A stretch of DNA of 64,000 nucleotides from an uncultured Thermoleophilia bacterium (GCA_963715985.1 CAVQSP010000017.1:224001-288000); one strand, 5' to 3'. Positions 1 through 9,920 are shown, counted from the first letter of the stretch. Notes: a model not told the origin generated them from the letters alone. Made by a program: numbers and translations.

Positions 1-1
1 G

Positions 2-529
2 CGGCGCCTGCTGCGTGCGCTGCAGGCGGACCACCCATGGGCGTTCTGGCACGACGTCCGCGACGTCGACCGCGAGAGCCGCCGCCTCGTCGCCCCGTAT
101 CCGTTCGGCGAGACCATCCCGGCGGTGGGCGGCGCGCTGCTCTCGTGGCGCACGCAGCCTGTGGACGGCGTGGTCTCGGTGGCGCCGCGCGGCTGCGGGC
201 CGGCCCTGATCGCCGAAGCGCAGCTTCGGCGCGAGGCCGGCCTCCCCGCGCTCTTCATCTACAACGACGGCGACCCCATAGACGAGGCGCGGCTCGCCGG
301 CTTCGCCTGGCGGCTGCACTCGCGTCCGCCACGGCGGGCGGCGGACGGCGGCCCGCGGCCCGCGGGCCGCCCACGCGGCCGCATCGTCGGCCGCCCGCCC
401 ACGCCTGCGGCTCGCCCGGTCTCGCCCGCGACCCGTCCCATCACGCCTGCCGCCCGTCCCACGACGTCCGCGGCCCGACCGGCCACGACCCCGACGGCCC
501 CGGCGCCGCCGCCCGCTTCGCGTTCGTAG
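2..529 (+). CDS. C-terminal part of an acyl-CoA dehydratase activase-related (DUF2229-like) protein, 5'-truncated by the window edge
   Basis: Frame open from base 2; PFGETIPAVG...VDGVVSVAPRGCGP...LFIYNDG...RLAGF resembles the C-terminus of these proteins; ends in a Pro/Ala/Thr tail. Confidence 0.55.
   Translation, partial: RRLLRALQADHPWAFWHDVRDVDRESRRLVAPYPFGETIPAVGGALLSWRTQPVDGVVSVAPRGCGPALIAEAQLRREAGLPALFIYNDGDPIDEARLAGFAWRLHSRPPRRAADGGPRPAGRPRGRIVGRPPTPAARPVSPATRPITPAARPTTSAARPATTPTAPAPPPASRS
391..500 (+). repeat. Degenerate 21-nt coding tandem repeat (RPPTPAA/RPVSPAT/RPITPAA/RPTTSAA/RPATTPT)
   Basis: Five RPxxxxx heptads in the translated tail. Confidence 0.6.
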
Positions 530-557
530 CTCGCATCCCGCCCGGCAAGGAGGACCC

Positions 558-1829
558 GTGGCTGAGTACATGAAGAAGGCCGTTCCGCCGGCGCCGGCGG
601 ATGAACAGGCCGTGCGCGACACCGTGAGCGAGATCCTGCGCCGCGTGAAAGCCGAGGGCCTGGCGGCCGTGCGCGACTACTCGCGGCGCTTCGACGGCTG
701 GGACCCTCCCTCGTTCCGGGTCGCCGAGGCGGACATCCTGGCGGCGCGCGACCAGCTCGCCGCGGACGTGCTCGCCTCCCTCGAGTTCGCACACGACCAG
801 GTGAAGCACTTCGCCGAGCTGCAGCGGGCGAGCATGCTCGAGTTCGAGGAGGAGACGCGGCCCGGCGTCTTCCTGGGCCAGAAGCACATCCCCATCGCCA
901 ACGTGGGCGCGTACGTGCCCAGCGGCAAGTACCCCATGCTGATGAGCGCCCAGATGAGCATCCTCACCGCCAAGGTGGCCGGTGTGAGCCGGGTGGTCGG
1001 TTGCGCCCCGCCCTATGGTGGCTCGGGCATCTATCCCGAGGTGCTCTGGTCGATGCACCTGGCCGGCGCCGACGAGATCTGGGCGGTGGGTGGCGTGCAG
1101 GCGCTGGCGATGCTCGCCTACGGGGTCGAAGGGCTGCCGCCGGTCGACCTCATCGCCGGACCGGGGAACATGTACGTGGCCGAGGCCAAGCGCCAGCTGT
1201 TCGGCACCGTCGGCATCGACCTGCTGGCCGGCCCCACGGAGATCCTCATCATCGCCGACGAGAGCGCCGACCCCGTCATCGTGGCCGCTGACCTGCTCGG
1301 CCAGGCGGAGCACGGCCCTACGTCGCCGGCCGTGCTGGTCACCACCTCACGCGGACTCGCCGACCAGACGCTCGCCGAGCTGGACCGCCAGCTGCCGCTG
1401 CTGCCCTCGGCGGAGGTCATCCGCACGTCATGGGGCCAGCTCGGGGAGGTCATCGTCGCCGCCGACGCCGACGAGGCGGTGACGCTCGCCGACCGCTACG
1501 CGCCGGAGCACCTCGAGGTGCAGACCACCGACCCTGGCTGGTACGCCGAGCGGCTGCGCAACTACGGCACGCTGTGCGTCGGCGAGGAGGCCACCATCAC
1601 CTTCAGCGACAAGGCCATCGGCACCAACCACACGCTGCCGACGGCCGGGGCCGCCCGCTACACCGGCGGCCTCTGGGTCGGCAAGTTCCTCAAGACGGTG
1701 ACCTACCAGCGCTGCACGCGCGAAGGGGCACTGGACATCGCCCCGCACGCCGGCCTGCTCAGCGACGCCGAGCTCATGCCGGCGCATGCGGCGTCCGCCT
1801 ACGCGAGGGTCGCCAAGTACCGCGCCTGA
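558..1829 (+). CDS. Histidinol dehydrogenase-family protein, HpsN (sulfopropanediol dehydrogenase)-like branch
   Basis: AGGAGG RBS; GAYVPSG, GPGN.YV.EAKR, QAEH, APEHL, SDKAIGTNHTLPT, YTGGLWVGKFLKT. Confidence 0.85.
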   Translation: MAEYMKKAVPPAPADEQAVRDTVSEILRRVKAEGLAAVRDYSRRFDGWDPPSFRVAEADILAARDQLAADVLASLEFAHDQVKHFAELQRASMLEFEEETRPGVFLGQKHIPIANVGAYVPSGKYPMLMSAQMSILTAKVAGVSRVVGCAPPYGGSGIYPEVLWSMHLAGADEIWAVGGVQALAMLAYGVEGLPPVDLIAGPGNMYVAEAKRQLFGTVGIDLLAGPTEILIIADESADPVIVAADLLGQAEHGPTSPAVLVTTSRGLADQTLAELDRQLPLLPSAEVIRTSWGQLGEVIVAADADEAVTLADRYAPEHLEVQTTDPGWYAERLRNYGTLCVGEEATITFSDKAIGTNHTLPTAGAARYTGGLWVGKFLKTVTYQRCTREGALDIAPHAGLLSDAELMPAHAASAYARVAKYRA

Positions 1830-1960
1830 GACTCACCGCGGGCGGCTCGCCTCGCGGCCGCCGCCGGCACGCTCCCGCTCGCGAGCTCTCCGCCGCCGCC
1901 CGCCTCGGCGCACCGCCGTAAGGCTGCCCGGCGGGCCATCGCGTATCATCGCGGGAGCCG

Positions 1961-2431
1961 ATGAGCGCTGCACCGACAAGGAGCCCTTGGCCGCGACTGG
2001 CGGCCGTCGCCGTCTGGGCCATCGCCTTCGCCCTCGTGGAGGCGACGGTCGTGGTCTACCTGCGCAGACTGTTAGGCCCCGAGTTCGCGCTGGAGTCCAC
2101 GCCCCGCACGTTCCACTTCCCGCCCGACTACCTGCACTTCGAGCAGGCACGCGAGGCGGCCACCATGGTCATGCTGCTGGCCGTCGGCTTCCTGGCCGGG
2201 CGCACCTGGTGGCAGCGGTTCGCCTACTGGCTCTTCGCCTTCGGCGCGTGGGACGTCTTCTACTACGCTTGGCTGTGGGTGTACTTGCGCTGGCCGTCCG
2301 GCTTCGGCAGCCGCGACCTGCTCTTCCTCATCCCCAACGAGTGGTGGGCGCCGGTGTGGGAGCCCGTGCTCGCCTCGTGCGCGTTCATGGTCGTCGCCGT
2401 GATGCTCCTCGCCTGGACGCGGCGCGCCTGA
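1961..2431 (+). CDS. Conserved small integral membrane protein
   Basis: Several TM segments; REAAT..ML, WDVFYY, DLLFLIP..WW.PVW.P; high GC3. Confidence 0.75.
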   Translation: MSAAPTRSPWPRLAAVAVWAIAFALVEATVVVYLRRLLGPEFALESTPRTFHFPPDYLHFEQAREAATMVMLLAVGFLAGRTWWQRFAYWLFAFGAWDVFYYAWLWVYLRWPSGFGSRDLLFLIPNEWWAPVWEPVLASCAFMVVAVMLLAWTRRA

Positions 2432-2452
2432 GCGGCGGCGGGCGGCCCGGAC

Positions 2453-3745
2453 TCAGCCCGGGCCGCTCCCCGCCGCGGCGCCGTGCCCCGCCGCCGCCGT
2501 CAGCGTGCCGGTCACGAAGTCGGCCGGCCCTCCGGGCGGGCGCAGACGCTTGCGCAGCAGCACGAACACCGCCCCGCCGGCGAGGCCGAGGGCCCCGGCG
2601 AGGACGAAGGCTGCGCGGCCGCCGAGCGCGTCCAGGGCGCGTCCGCCCAGGAGCGGGCCGAGGGCGTATCCGCCCATGTACACCAGCGTCCAGGCGCCCA
2701 TGTAGCGGCCGCGCAGCGCCGTCGGGGCGAGGTGGGAGACCACCGTGGCGGAGATCGGGATGAACAGCACCAGGCCCAGGGCGACGGCCGCCACGCAGAG
2801 GAACGTGCCGGGGTACGGCGTGAACGGCGCGGCGCCGACCCCCACGCCCAGGCAGCAGCTGGCGGCGGCCAGCGACACGATGTCGTTGCGCTTGCGCAGC
2901 AGCCGGACCACCGGGTACTGCAGGACGGTGATCAGGAGGCCGTAGGCGACCATGAGCAGACCCCACTGCTCGGCCGACACGCCTTGCAGGTCGCCGAGCA
3001 TGATCGGCATGGTCACCCAGACCTGCCCGAAGACGTACAGCGGCAGGAGGGCGACCAGGCAGAAGAGCAGCAGACGCCGGTCGCGCACGATGACCCGGTA
3101 GCCGCGGAAGGCGCGCACGAAGGGCTCGGGCCGTACCGAGGGCGGCCGTGTCTCCCCGAGCCTGGTCAGGACGAGCAGCAGGAACGCTGCGCAGATGACG
3201 CCGCCGACGAGGAAGGCGACGCGGAAGCTCGGGTCACGCGCGATCAGGGGCGCGGCGACGAGGGGCCCCACCGTGATGCCGGCGTTCATGGCCACGCGCA
3301 GGATGCTGAAAGCCTCGGAGCGCCGCTCCCACGGCGTGAGGTCGGCGATCATCGCGTTGGTCGAGGTGATGAACAGCGCCCAGCCGCACACTGCCTCGAA
3401 GGCGATCACGGGGATGACCACCGCGAGCTGGCGGCTCACGCCCAGGCCGATCAGCAGGCACACGGCGGCGAAGATGGCCAGGGCCAGCACGGGCCGGCGC
3501 CCGAAGCGGTCCACGGCCACGCCTCCGGCGATCTGGAAGGGCAGCCCGAGGAGGAGGGAAGCGCCGATGAGCAGACCGATGCTCGTCATCGAGAGACCGA
3601 GCTGCTCGCTCAGGTAGATCGTCTGGAACGGGTAGCACATGTTGTAGCCGATGAGGAAGACGAAGGCGCCGCCCGAGAGCAGCCAGAACTGGCGCGGCAG
3701 GCCGCGCGGCCCGCTCCCTGCTCCCCCTGTCGGTGGCTCTGACAC
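2453..3745 (-). CDS. MFS transporter
   Basis: About 12 TM; motif A G..VDRFGRR; GTG 3745 preferred, ATG 3772 alternative. Confidence 0.9.
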   Translation of the reverse strand: MSEPPTGGAGSGPRGLPRQFWLLSGGAFVFLIGYNMCYPFQTIYLSEQLGLSMTSIGLLIGASLLLGLPFQIAGGVAVDRFGRRPVLALAIFAAVCLLIGLGVSRQLAVVIPVIAFEAVCGWALFITSTNAMIADLTPWERRSEAFSILRVAMNAGITVGPLVAAPLIARDPSFRVAFLVGGVICAAFLLLVLTRLGETRPPSVRPEPFVRAFRGYRVIVRDRRLLLFCLVALLPLYVFGQVWVTMPIMLGDLQGVSAEQWGLLMVAYGLLITVLQYPVVRLLRKRNDIVSLAAASCCLGVGVGAAPFTPYPGTFLCVAAVALGLVLFIPISATVVSHLAPTALRGRYMGAWTLVYMGGYALGPLLGGRALDALGGRAAFVLAGALGLAGGAVFVLLRKRLRPPGGPADFVTGTLTAAAGHGAAAGSGPG

Positions 3746-3867
3746 CTCGTCCCCCCGGTCCTGCCGGCCCATGGTATCGGCCGCACTCTTCGCGAGCGAG
3801 CGGCGCCGCGAGATGGCGTTGCGACGGACAACGAGGCAGGCAACGGCTGGCGCGGCCGCCGATGGGG

Positions 3868-3901
3868 TATGCTTGAGCAGACAAGTACTTGCCTCGACAA
3901 G
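3868..3901 (+). promoter_or_regulatory. -10 (TATGCT) overlapping two tandem CTTG-N6-CAAG palindromes upstream of pirin
   Basis: CTTGagcagaCAAG-ta-CTTGcctcgaCAAG at 3872-3901. Confidence 0.55.
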
Positions 3902-3910
3902 GAGGATGGA

Positions 3911-4852
3911 ATGGCCCCGGTCTCACGTCGCGTGGAGCGCGTCATCGAACCGCAGGCCGTGCTCGAGGGTGCCGGCGTACGCCTGCGTCGCAGCATCGCC
4001 ACGGCTACGCTTGACTACCTCGACCCGTTCCTGCTGCTCGACCACTTCCAGTCGGACGATCCCGACGACTACATGGCCGGGTTCCCCTGGCACCCGCACC
4101 GCGGCATCGAGACGGTCACGTACATGCTGGCCGGCGAGGTGGACCACCGCGACAGCATCGGCAACGCCGGGGCCATCGGCGCCGGCGACGTGCAGTGGAT
4201 GACCGCCGGGGGCGGCATCATGCACGAGGAGATGCCGCGGCCCGGCGCCGACAGGCGCATGGGCGGCTTCCAGCTCTGGGTGAACCTGCCGGCAGCGCTC
4301 AAGATGGCGCAGCCGCGCTACCAGGACGTGCCGGCGGCCAGCATCCCGGAGGTGCGCCGCGACGACGGCAGCGTGATCCGCGTCGTCGCCGGCGAGGTGG
4401 ACGGTGTCACCGGCGCGGTCTCGGAGATCTACGCCGAGCCCGAGTACCTGGACGTGTCGCTGCCGGCAGGCGTCGCCTTCCGGCAGCCGGTGCCGCAGGG
4501 GCACGCGGCCTTCGCCTACGTGTTCGAGGGCGAAGGCCTCGTCGGCGTGGGCGCCGATCTCGGCTACCGCGGAGAGCTGGACGGTGTGCTGCTCTCCGCG
4601 CCGCACATGGCGGTGTTCGGCGACGGCGACGAGGTGCGCGTGGAGGCCGACGGCTCGCCGGTCCGCTTCCTGCTGGTGAGCGGGCGGCCGCTCGGCGAGC
4701 CCATCGCCCGCTACGGCCCGTTCGTCATGAACACGCGCGAGGAGCTGCAGCTGGCGCTGCGCGACCTGCAGAACGACACCTTCGTGTGGCGCGACGACGC
4801 GGAGTGGGCGCGCCGCCGCGTGACCTGGTCGCCGGACGGCGGCGAGCGCTGA
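3911..4852 (+). CDS. Pirin family protein
   Basis: DPFLLLDH, HPHRGIETVTY, QWMTAG.GI.HEE, QLWVNLP, GPFVMNT; GGAGG RBS. Confidence 0.95.
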   Translation: MAPVSRRVERVIEPQAVLEGAGVRLRRSIATATLDYLDPFLLLDHFQSDDPDDYMAGFPWHPHRGIETVTYMLAGEVDHRDSIGNAGAIGAGDVQWMTAGGGIMHEEMPRPGADRRMGGFQLWVNLPAALKMAQPRYQDVPAASIPEVRRDDGSVIRVVAGEVDGVTGAVSEIYAEPEYLDVSLPAGVAFRQPVPQGHAAFAYVFEGEGLVGVGADLGYRGELDGVLLSAPHMAVFGDGDEVRVEADGSPVRFLLVSGRPLGEPIARYGPFVMNTREELQLALRDLQNDTFVWRDDAEWARRRVTWSPDGGER

Positions 4853-4929
4853 GCCGGCGCCCGGCGCGGCCGCTCGCCCTAGTGAGCGGTTTGCCTGCGG
4901 CGCCCCGCTCGCTGTGGTACCTGCGGCAG

Positions 4930-5772
4930 CTAGCCGGCGTCACGCAGAGCGAGCGTGGCCACCACCGGCCAGTGGTCGCTGGGCAGCCCGCCGGCCGGCG
5001 TGACGTGTTCGACGCGCGCGTCGAGCACGTCCCAATGCCTGCTCACGAGCACGTAGTCGATGCGCGTACCGTCGGTGGCGCCGTCCCAGTGGTGGTGCGT
5101 GCCGGCGCCGGGTCCGCGCTCGCCGAGGTGGGACAGGGTGTCGCGGAGGCCGCCGGCCACCAAGGCCGCCACGGCCGGGTCGGCGGCCGTGGCGTTGAGG
5201 TCGCCGAGCACGATCCACGGTAACGCCGGGTCCAGCCAGCGCAGCAGGGCCTCGGCGCTGCGCAGCCGTGACGCCGCTGAGGCACCGTCCCAGTGCGCGT
5301 CGGCCACCCCGAACCGGCCGCCGCCGGCGCGATCGGTGAAGCGGCACAGGGTGACCAATCGCGTCACGGGGTTGCCCCAGGTGCGCGAGCCGGGCACCGC
5401 CGGGGTGTCTGAGAACCAGCGCACCGTCCAGGAGTCCAGGTCCAGGCGCCCGGGGCGGTACAGCACGGTGCAGCGCTCGCCCCGCTCGCGGCCGTCGTCG
5501 CGGCCGGCGCCGAGGCCGGCGTAGCCGCGCAGCTTGCGGGCGAGGTAGCGCTGCTGGAAGCCGTGGACCTCCTGCAGCCCGACGACCTCCGCGTGCAGAC
5601 GCTCGATGCCGGCCGCCGCGGCGCGGCGCCGCAGCGGCCAGGAGTGCGCGCCGTCCCACGCCAGGCCGTGCCTCAGGTTGAGGCTCGCTGCGACGAGGGC
5701 GGCGCCCCCGCTGCGGGGGGCGCCGCCCTCGTCGCACGTGACTGTCGGCGCCGCCTCGGTCACGTGGGCCAC
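4930..5772 (-). CDS. Endonuclease/exonuclease/phosphatase family protein
   Basis: SLNLR, GLQE, GDLN, RIDYV, SDHWPV. Confidence 0.9.
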   Translation of the reverse strand: MAHVTEAAPTVTCDEGGAPRSGGAALVAASLNLRHGLAWDGAHSWPLRRRAAAAGIERLHAEVVGLQEVHGFQQRYLARKLRGYAGLGAGRDDGRERGERCTVLYRPGRLDLDSWTVRWFSDTPAVPGSRTWGNPVTRLVTLCRFTDRAGGGRFGVADAHWDGASAASRLRSAEALLRWLDPALPWIVLGDLNATAADPAVAALVAGGLRDTLSHLGERGPGAGTHHHWDGATDGTRIDYVLVSRHWDVLDARVEHVTPAGGLPSDHWPVVATLALRDAG

Positions 5773-6194
5773 ATGTCCTTGTTCGATGCGGCCTCGTACC
5801 CGCGGGCAAGGTGGTCAGCGTGGGGCTCGTGCCTCTTGCGCTCCTCGCGGTCCTGCCTCTCTCGGCGCTCGCTCGGCGTGGACTTGCCGACCGAGTCGTC
5901 GCCGCGCTCGACGTAGTCCTTGAACACGACGAGGTCGCGGGCCATGTTCTGCTCCAGCACCTGCTGCGGGACCGTATCGTCCCCGTTGGTGTCGACGGTG
6001 AACACGACGGTGGTCCACCCGCCGGCGGCGGGCTCGAAGCTGATCAGGCCGACGCGTACGGCGTCCACACAGGCGAGCTCGTCGCAGGCGAGTCGCTGGT
6101 GGCCGCTGATGATCCAGCGGATGAAGTGTGACCACGCCGCTTCGGTCACTGAAGGTGCTGCCTCTACCAGGATCTGACGACGGAGCTCGCTCAT
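5760..6194 (-). CDS. Hypothetical protein, divergent SRPBCC/cyclase-like
   Basis: N-terminal I.V.A...AW..F and C-terminal RDL..FKDYVE helix; GAAAGAGGGG RBS before ATG 6194. Confidence 0.55.
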   Translation of the reverse strand: MSELRRQILVEAAPSVTEAAWSHFIRWIISGHQRLACDELACVDAVRVGLISFEPAAGGWTTVVFTVDTNGDDTVPQQVLEQNMARDLVVFKDYVERGDDSVGKSTPSERRERQDREERKRHEPHADHLARGYEAASNKDMWPT

Positions 6195-6330
6195 GACCCC
6201 TCTTTCGTCGTCGCCGACGTCGCGGACGGCTTCCGCCGTGGACGTGTCACGGAGCACAGTACCCCCTATCACCGCAGTGAGAACGTCGTGCGAAAGGTCA
6301 CAAGCGGTGCCGGCGCGAGGCCGTACGCGA

Positions 6331-6365
6331 GAGAGGCCGGCAGCCGCCAGGGCCGCCGGCCTCTC
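6331..6365 (-). terminator. GC-rich hairpin downstream of the DUF1269 pair
   Basis: GAGAGGCCGGC...GCCGGCCTCTC 11-bp stem. Confidence 0.55.
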
Positions 6366-6381
6366 GCGCACGCTGTGCGCC

Positions 6382-6891
6382 TCAGTCCGTCTCGGCCTCG
6401 GCCGCCTTCTGCAGCTCTTCCTCCACCTGCTTCTGGTGGGCCTTGATCTCCTTCTCGACGACCTTCTTCGAGTGCCGGGTCGCCTCCGCGAGCTGGTCGG
6501 TGAGCTTCTCCCGGGCCATCACCACCAGGGCCGCGTCGCCCTGGTCCAGGAACTCGCCCAGCTCGTGCATGTCCTTGCGTGACATGCCCTTCCACACGTG
6601 GCCGATGAGGCCGCCGGTCAGGGCGCCGGCGGCCACCGTGCCGATCAGCGCCGGCGGGAACAGCACGCCCACCACGGCGCCCACCCCGACCCCGGTCCAC
6701 GCTCCGTGCCGCGTGGTCTTCTCGACCTTGTTCACGTGCACCTTGCCGTCGTCGTCCTTCGTGACGATGGCCGCGTCATAGCTGGCCAGGACGCCTTCTG
6801 AATGCAGGTTCTTGACCTCGCCGAAGTCCTGCCATGCGTCGGGCTGCGAGTGATAGAGCGCCATGTACACGAAGATGGTGTCGTCTGCCAC
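6382..6891 (-). CDS. DUF1269 family membrane-associated protein (copy 2)
   Basis: DAAIVTKD.DGKV, glycine-zipper GAWTG..VGA..G.LFPP, ELGE.LD.G.AALVV. Confidence 0.85.
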   Translation of the reverse strand: MADDTIFVYMALYHSQPDAWQDFGEVKNLHSEGVLASYDAAIVTKDDDGKVHVNKVEKTTRHGAWTGVGVGAVVGVLFPPALIGTVAAGALTGGLIGHVWKGMSRKDMHELGEFLDQGDAALVVMAREKLTDQLAEATRHSKKVVEKEIKAHQKQVEEELQKAAEAETD

Positions 6892-6936
6892 GAGATCCCC
6901 TTTCGACGGGGGTCGCTGGGCGACCCCGGCGTCAGC

Positions 6937-7452
6937 CTACTTGGCTTCTTCCATCTCCCTGGCCGCCTGGGCGAGCGTCTCTCGCAGCACGTGGCTCTCC
7001 ATGTCCACCTCGAGGGCGACGTGCCGGCGGGCGTGCGGGAGCGCCTTTTCCACGTAGCTCTGCAGCGCCGACTCGCCGACGATCAGCAGGGCGGCCTCGC
7101 CCTCGTCGAGCAGGTCGCCGAGCTCCTTGACGTCCTTGCGTGACATGCCCTTCCAGAAGTGCCCGACGAGCCCTCCCACCAGGCCGCCGGCGGCGGCGGT
7201 CACGGGGATCGACGGAGGGAACAGGATGCCGAGGGCGGCCCCCACGGCGATGCCCGTCCACGCCCCGTGCTGGGTCGGTTTCTCGTACTTGTCCACATGG
7301 ACCCAGCCCGTTTCGTTCTTGGTGATCACGGCGCCGTCGAAGGTGCCGAGCGTGTGGTCACGGTGGAGCTCCTTGACGAGCTCCCAGTCGTCACGCGCGT
7401 CGTTCTCCGTCGCGTAGACCGCCAGGTAGAGGTAGACCGGTTCGTCCGCCAT
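6937..7452 (-). CDS. DUF1269 family membrane-associated protein (copy 1)
   Basis: Clear paralogue of 6382-6891 (HGAWTG, LFPP, WKGMSRKD); AAGGAG RBS. Confidence 0.85.
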   Translation of the reverse strand: MADEPVYLYLAVYATENDARDDWELVKELHRDHTLGTFDGAVITKNETGWVHVDKYEKPTQHGAWTGIAVGAALGILFPPSIPVTAAAGGLVGGLVGHFWKGMSRKDVKELGDLLDEGEAALLIVGESALQSYVEKALPHARRHVALEVDMESHVLRETLAQAAREMEEAK

Positions 7453-7607
7453 GACGCCCACTCCTTCAGGTCGCAGATGCGAGTCGCTTCGCCTCTCAAT
7501 GCCCAAGGCACGGGCGCGGAAAACCGCCACGGGTCGCCGTCCGTTTCGCGGGAGTCGTGTGGCGGGTAGGACGTGACTGCACCAGCCACGCCGCGCGGGG
7601 GGGAAGA

Positions 7608-8138
7608 GTGACGTCCACAGAAGAGGGTCGTACCAGGATCGGTGTCATCTCCGACACCCACGGCCACCTCGACCCCGTCGTGCTGGAGCTCTTCGCCGGC
7701 GTCGACCACATCATCCACGCCGGCGACGTCATCGACGGCGAGACCCTGCAGGCGCTCGAGGGCGTGGCGCCCGTGACGGTGGTGCCAGGTAACCTGGACA
7801 CGGGCAAGCTCGCGCGGCAGCCCCGTGAGGTCACCGGCACGGCCGGGAGCGTGCTGTTTGCCGTGGGCCACAAGCGCAAGCGGCTGCTCAAGAAGCTCGC
7901 CACCGGCAAGATCGACGGGCTGCCGGCCGGCCGCCAGCCGGACCTCGTGGTGTTCGGGCACGACCACCTCCCCGCCGCGGAGTGGGTAGACGGGATGCTG
8001 TACCTCAACCCCGGCACCGCCGCCTCACCGCACGAGGAGGACGACGACCCGACGATCGCCATCGTCTCCGTCGAGCCCACCGGCCTCAGCGTGACGTTCA
8101 TCCCGCTGCTGCGCTCCGAGGAGGCGCTGACCGGCTGA
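7608..8138 (+). CDS. YfcE-like metallophosphoesterase
   Basis: ISDTHG, IHAGD, GNLD, FGH.H, LNPG. Confidence 0.9.
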   Translation: MTSTEEGRTRIGVISDTHGHLDPVVLELFAGVDHIIHAGDVIDGETLQALEGVAPVTVVPGNLDTGKLARQPREVTGTAGSVLFAVGHKRKRLLKKLATGKIDGLPAGRQPDLVVFGHDHLPAAEWVDGMLYLNPGTAASPHEEDDDPTIAIVSVEPTGLSVTFIPLLRSEEALTG

Positions 8139-8213
8139 GTGCCGGGGAGTGCCGGAGCCGCCGCGTCCGTAGCGGAGCCCCGCCGGCCGGCGCGCGACCA
8201 GCGAGGAGGACCC

Positions 8214-8675
8214 GTGAAGGCGCACACCGTGTACAAGACGTTCCGTGTGGAGCAGCGCCGCGCCTTCGTGCGCATCACCGAGGACGTCCAGGCCGCCGTC
8301 GACGAGAGCGGCATCCGCGAGGGCATGGTGCTGGTCTCGGCCATGCACATCACCGCCGGCGTGTGGGTCAACGACGACGAGCCCGGCATCCAGGCGGACG
8401 CGCTCGAGTGGCTCGACAAGCTGGCGCCGCCGTCCTGGCAGCCGCCGGCCAACGACGTGGCCCGGCAGCTGCTCCCCGACGGCGGTGACTACCGTCACCA
8501 CCGCGGCGGCGAAGACAACGGCGACGCGCACCTCAAGAACCTGTTGGTGCACCATCAGGTCATCGTCCCCGTCACCGAGGGGCGGCTCGACCTCGGCCCG
8601 TGGCAGGCGGTCTTCTACTGCGAGTTCGACGGCCGCCGCAGCAAGCGTCTGATCATCAAGGTGCTGGGCGAGTGA
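8214..8675 (+). CDS. yjbQ: YjbQ (UPF0047) secondary thiamine-phosphate synthase family
   Basis: [31 protein letters not shown]; GAGGAGG RBS. Confidence 0.92.
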   Translation: MKAHTVYKTFRVEQRRAFVRITEDVQAAVDESGIREGMVLVSAMHITAGVWVNDDEPGIQADALEWLDKLAPPSWQPPANDVARQLLPDGGDYRHHRGGEDNGDAHLKNLLVHHQVIVPVTEGRLDLGPWQAVFYCEFDGRRSKRLIIKVLGE

Positions 8676-8753
8676 CGAGGGCCCGGTAGGACTTCCCGGC
8701 GGTGAGGGCGAAGTCAGTCGGATGAACGTGTGACGCCAACGAGGAGGACAGAG

Positions 8754-9350
8754 ATGGACGACATGCAGGGTGCGCCGGGCGATCCCGGCCAGCGTCCCCG
8801 CCCGGAGGTCGTGAGCGAGTCCGTCGTGATCGTCGACAGCTCGGACGTCGCCAGGAAGAGCTGGGGTGTGCTTCTCGCCATCGGCATCGTGGCGGTGATC
8901 TTCGGCATCATCGTCCTCGCCAACATCTGGTCGAGCGTGCGCCTCGTGGCCATCCTCGCCGGCCTCTTCCTCATCTTCGCGGGCGTCATGCAGTTCGTGG
9001 GCGCTCGCGGCCACGAGCGCAAGGGCGGCCGCATCGCCGCCGGCGTCATCGCCCTGATCGCCGGCATCGTCCTGGTCGCGTGGCCGGACGCCTCCGTCAA
9101 GACCGTCGCCGTGGTGATCGGCGTGGCGTTCCTCATCTGGGGCATCGCCTGGGCGATCGCGGCGCTCGTCGACCGCGGTGAGGGCTGGGGCGTCGCGATG
9201 GGCTTCAGCGTGCTGCTGGCCATCGTAGGCATCGTCTTCATCGTGTGGCCCGGCCCCACCATCGCGCTGCTGATGATCCTTGTCGGGCTGAGCGCCATCC
9301 TGTTCGGGGTCGCGTCCATAGCCCAGGCGCTGGCCCTGCGCAAGGCGTAG
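8754..9350 (+). CDS. HdeD/DUF308 family membrane protein
   Basis: Two repeats of three TM hairpins with WP turns; GAGGAGG RBS. Confidence 0.85.
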   Translation: MDDMQGAPGDPGQRPRPEVVSESVVIVDSSDVARKSWGVLLAIGIVAVIFGIIVLANIWSSVRLVAILAGLFLIFAGVMQFVGARGHERKGGRIAAGVIALIAGIVLVAWPDASVKTVAVVIGVAFLIWGIAWAIAALVDRGEGWGVAMGFSVLLAIVGIVFIVWPGPTIALLMILVGLSAILFGVASIAQALALRKA

Positions 9351-9359
9351 GGGCTCCGC

Positions 9360-9920
9360 ATGGCTGAAGGCCACAGCAGACGCGGAGCGCTCCAGCGCTT
9401 CGTCAGCTGGAGCCGATACATCATCCTCATCGACGTGATCGGCCTCTTCGCGGCGTTCGTGGCGCTGATGGTATCGAGTGTCTGGCACACGTTCCGCGTC
9501 GATCTGGGAGACGGTCTTCGGTGACGGCATTGAGCCAGAAGGAGCTCGTGGGCAGCCTCGTGCAGCAGGCGGACACCGCCCTGCTGGCCGCTGTCTTCTA
9601 CGTCATCGCGCTCGGGCTCTACAGCTTGTTCGTGGACGACAAGATCCCCATGCCCACGTGGTTCCGGGTGCGCAACCTCGGCGGCGCATTCATGGCCGTC
9701 CTCATCGCCATCGAGATCTTCGTGAACATCGTGAGCTACCTGCGCGAGGATCTGATCCACGTGCGCATCGTCCTCGCCACGGCCCTCATGGCCGTCGCCC
9801 GCAAAGTGATCATCCTCGATTACTCACCACATCGCCAGTACATCTACGCTACCGCGGCAGTGGTTGCCGCCATGGCGCTCTATACTGGCTGATCGTGCGG
9901 TACCGGCCGGCGAGTGCCCG
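9360..9920 (+). pseudogene. Frameshifted YqhA(UPF0114)-like N-half fused to a PsiE-like C-half
   Basis: ATG 9360 SRYIILI..IG; shifts at about 9494, 9530 and 9883; D..LLAAVFY..ALGLY.LF.D..IP.P.W then FMAVLIAIEIF.NI..YLRED.IHV...TALMA.ARKVIILD. Confidence 0.6.
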
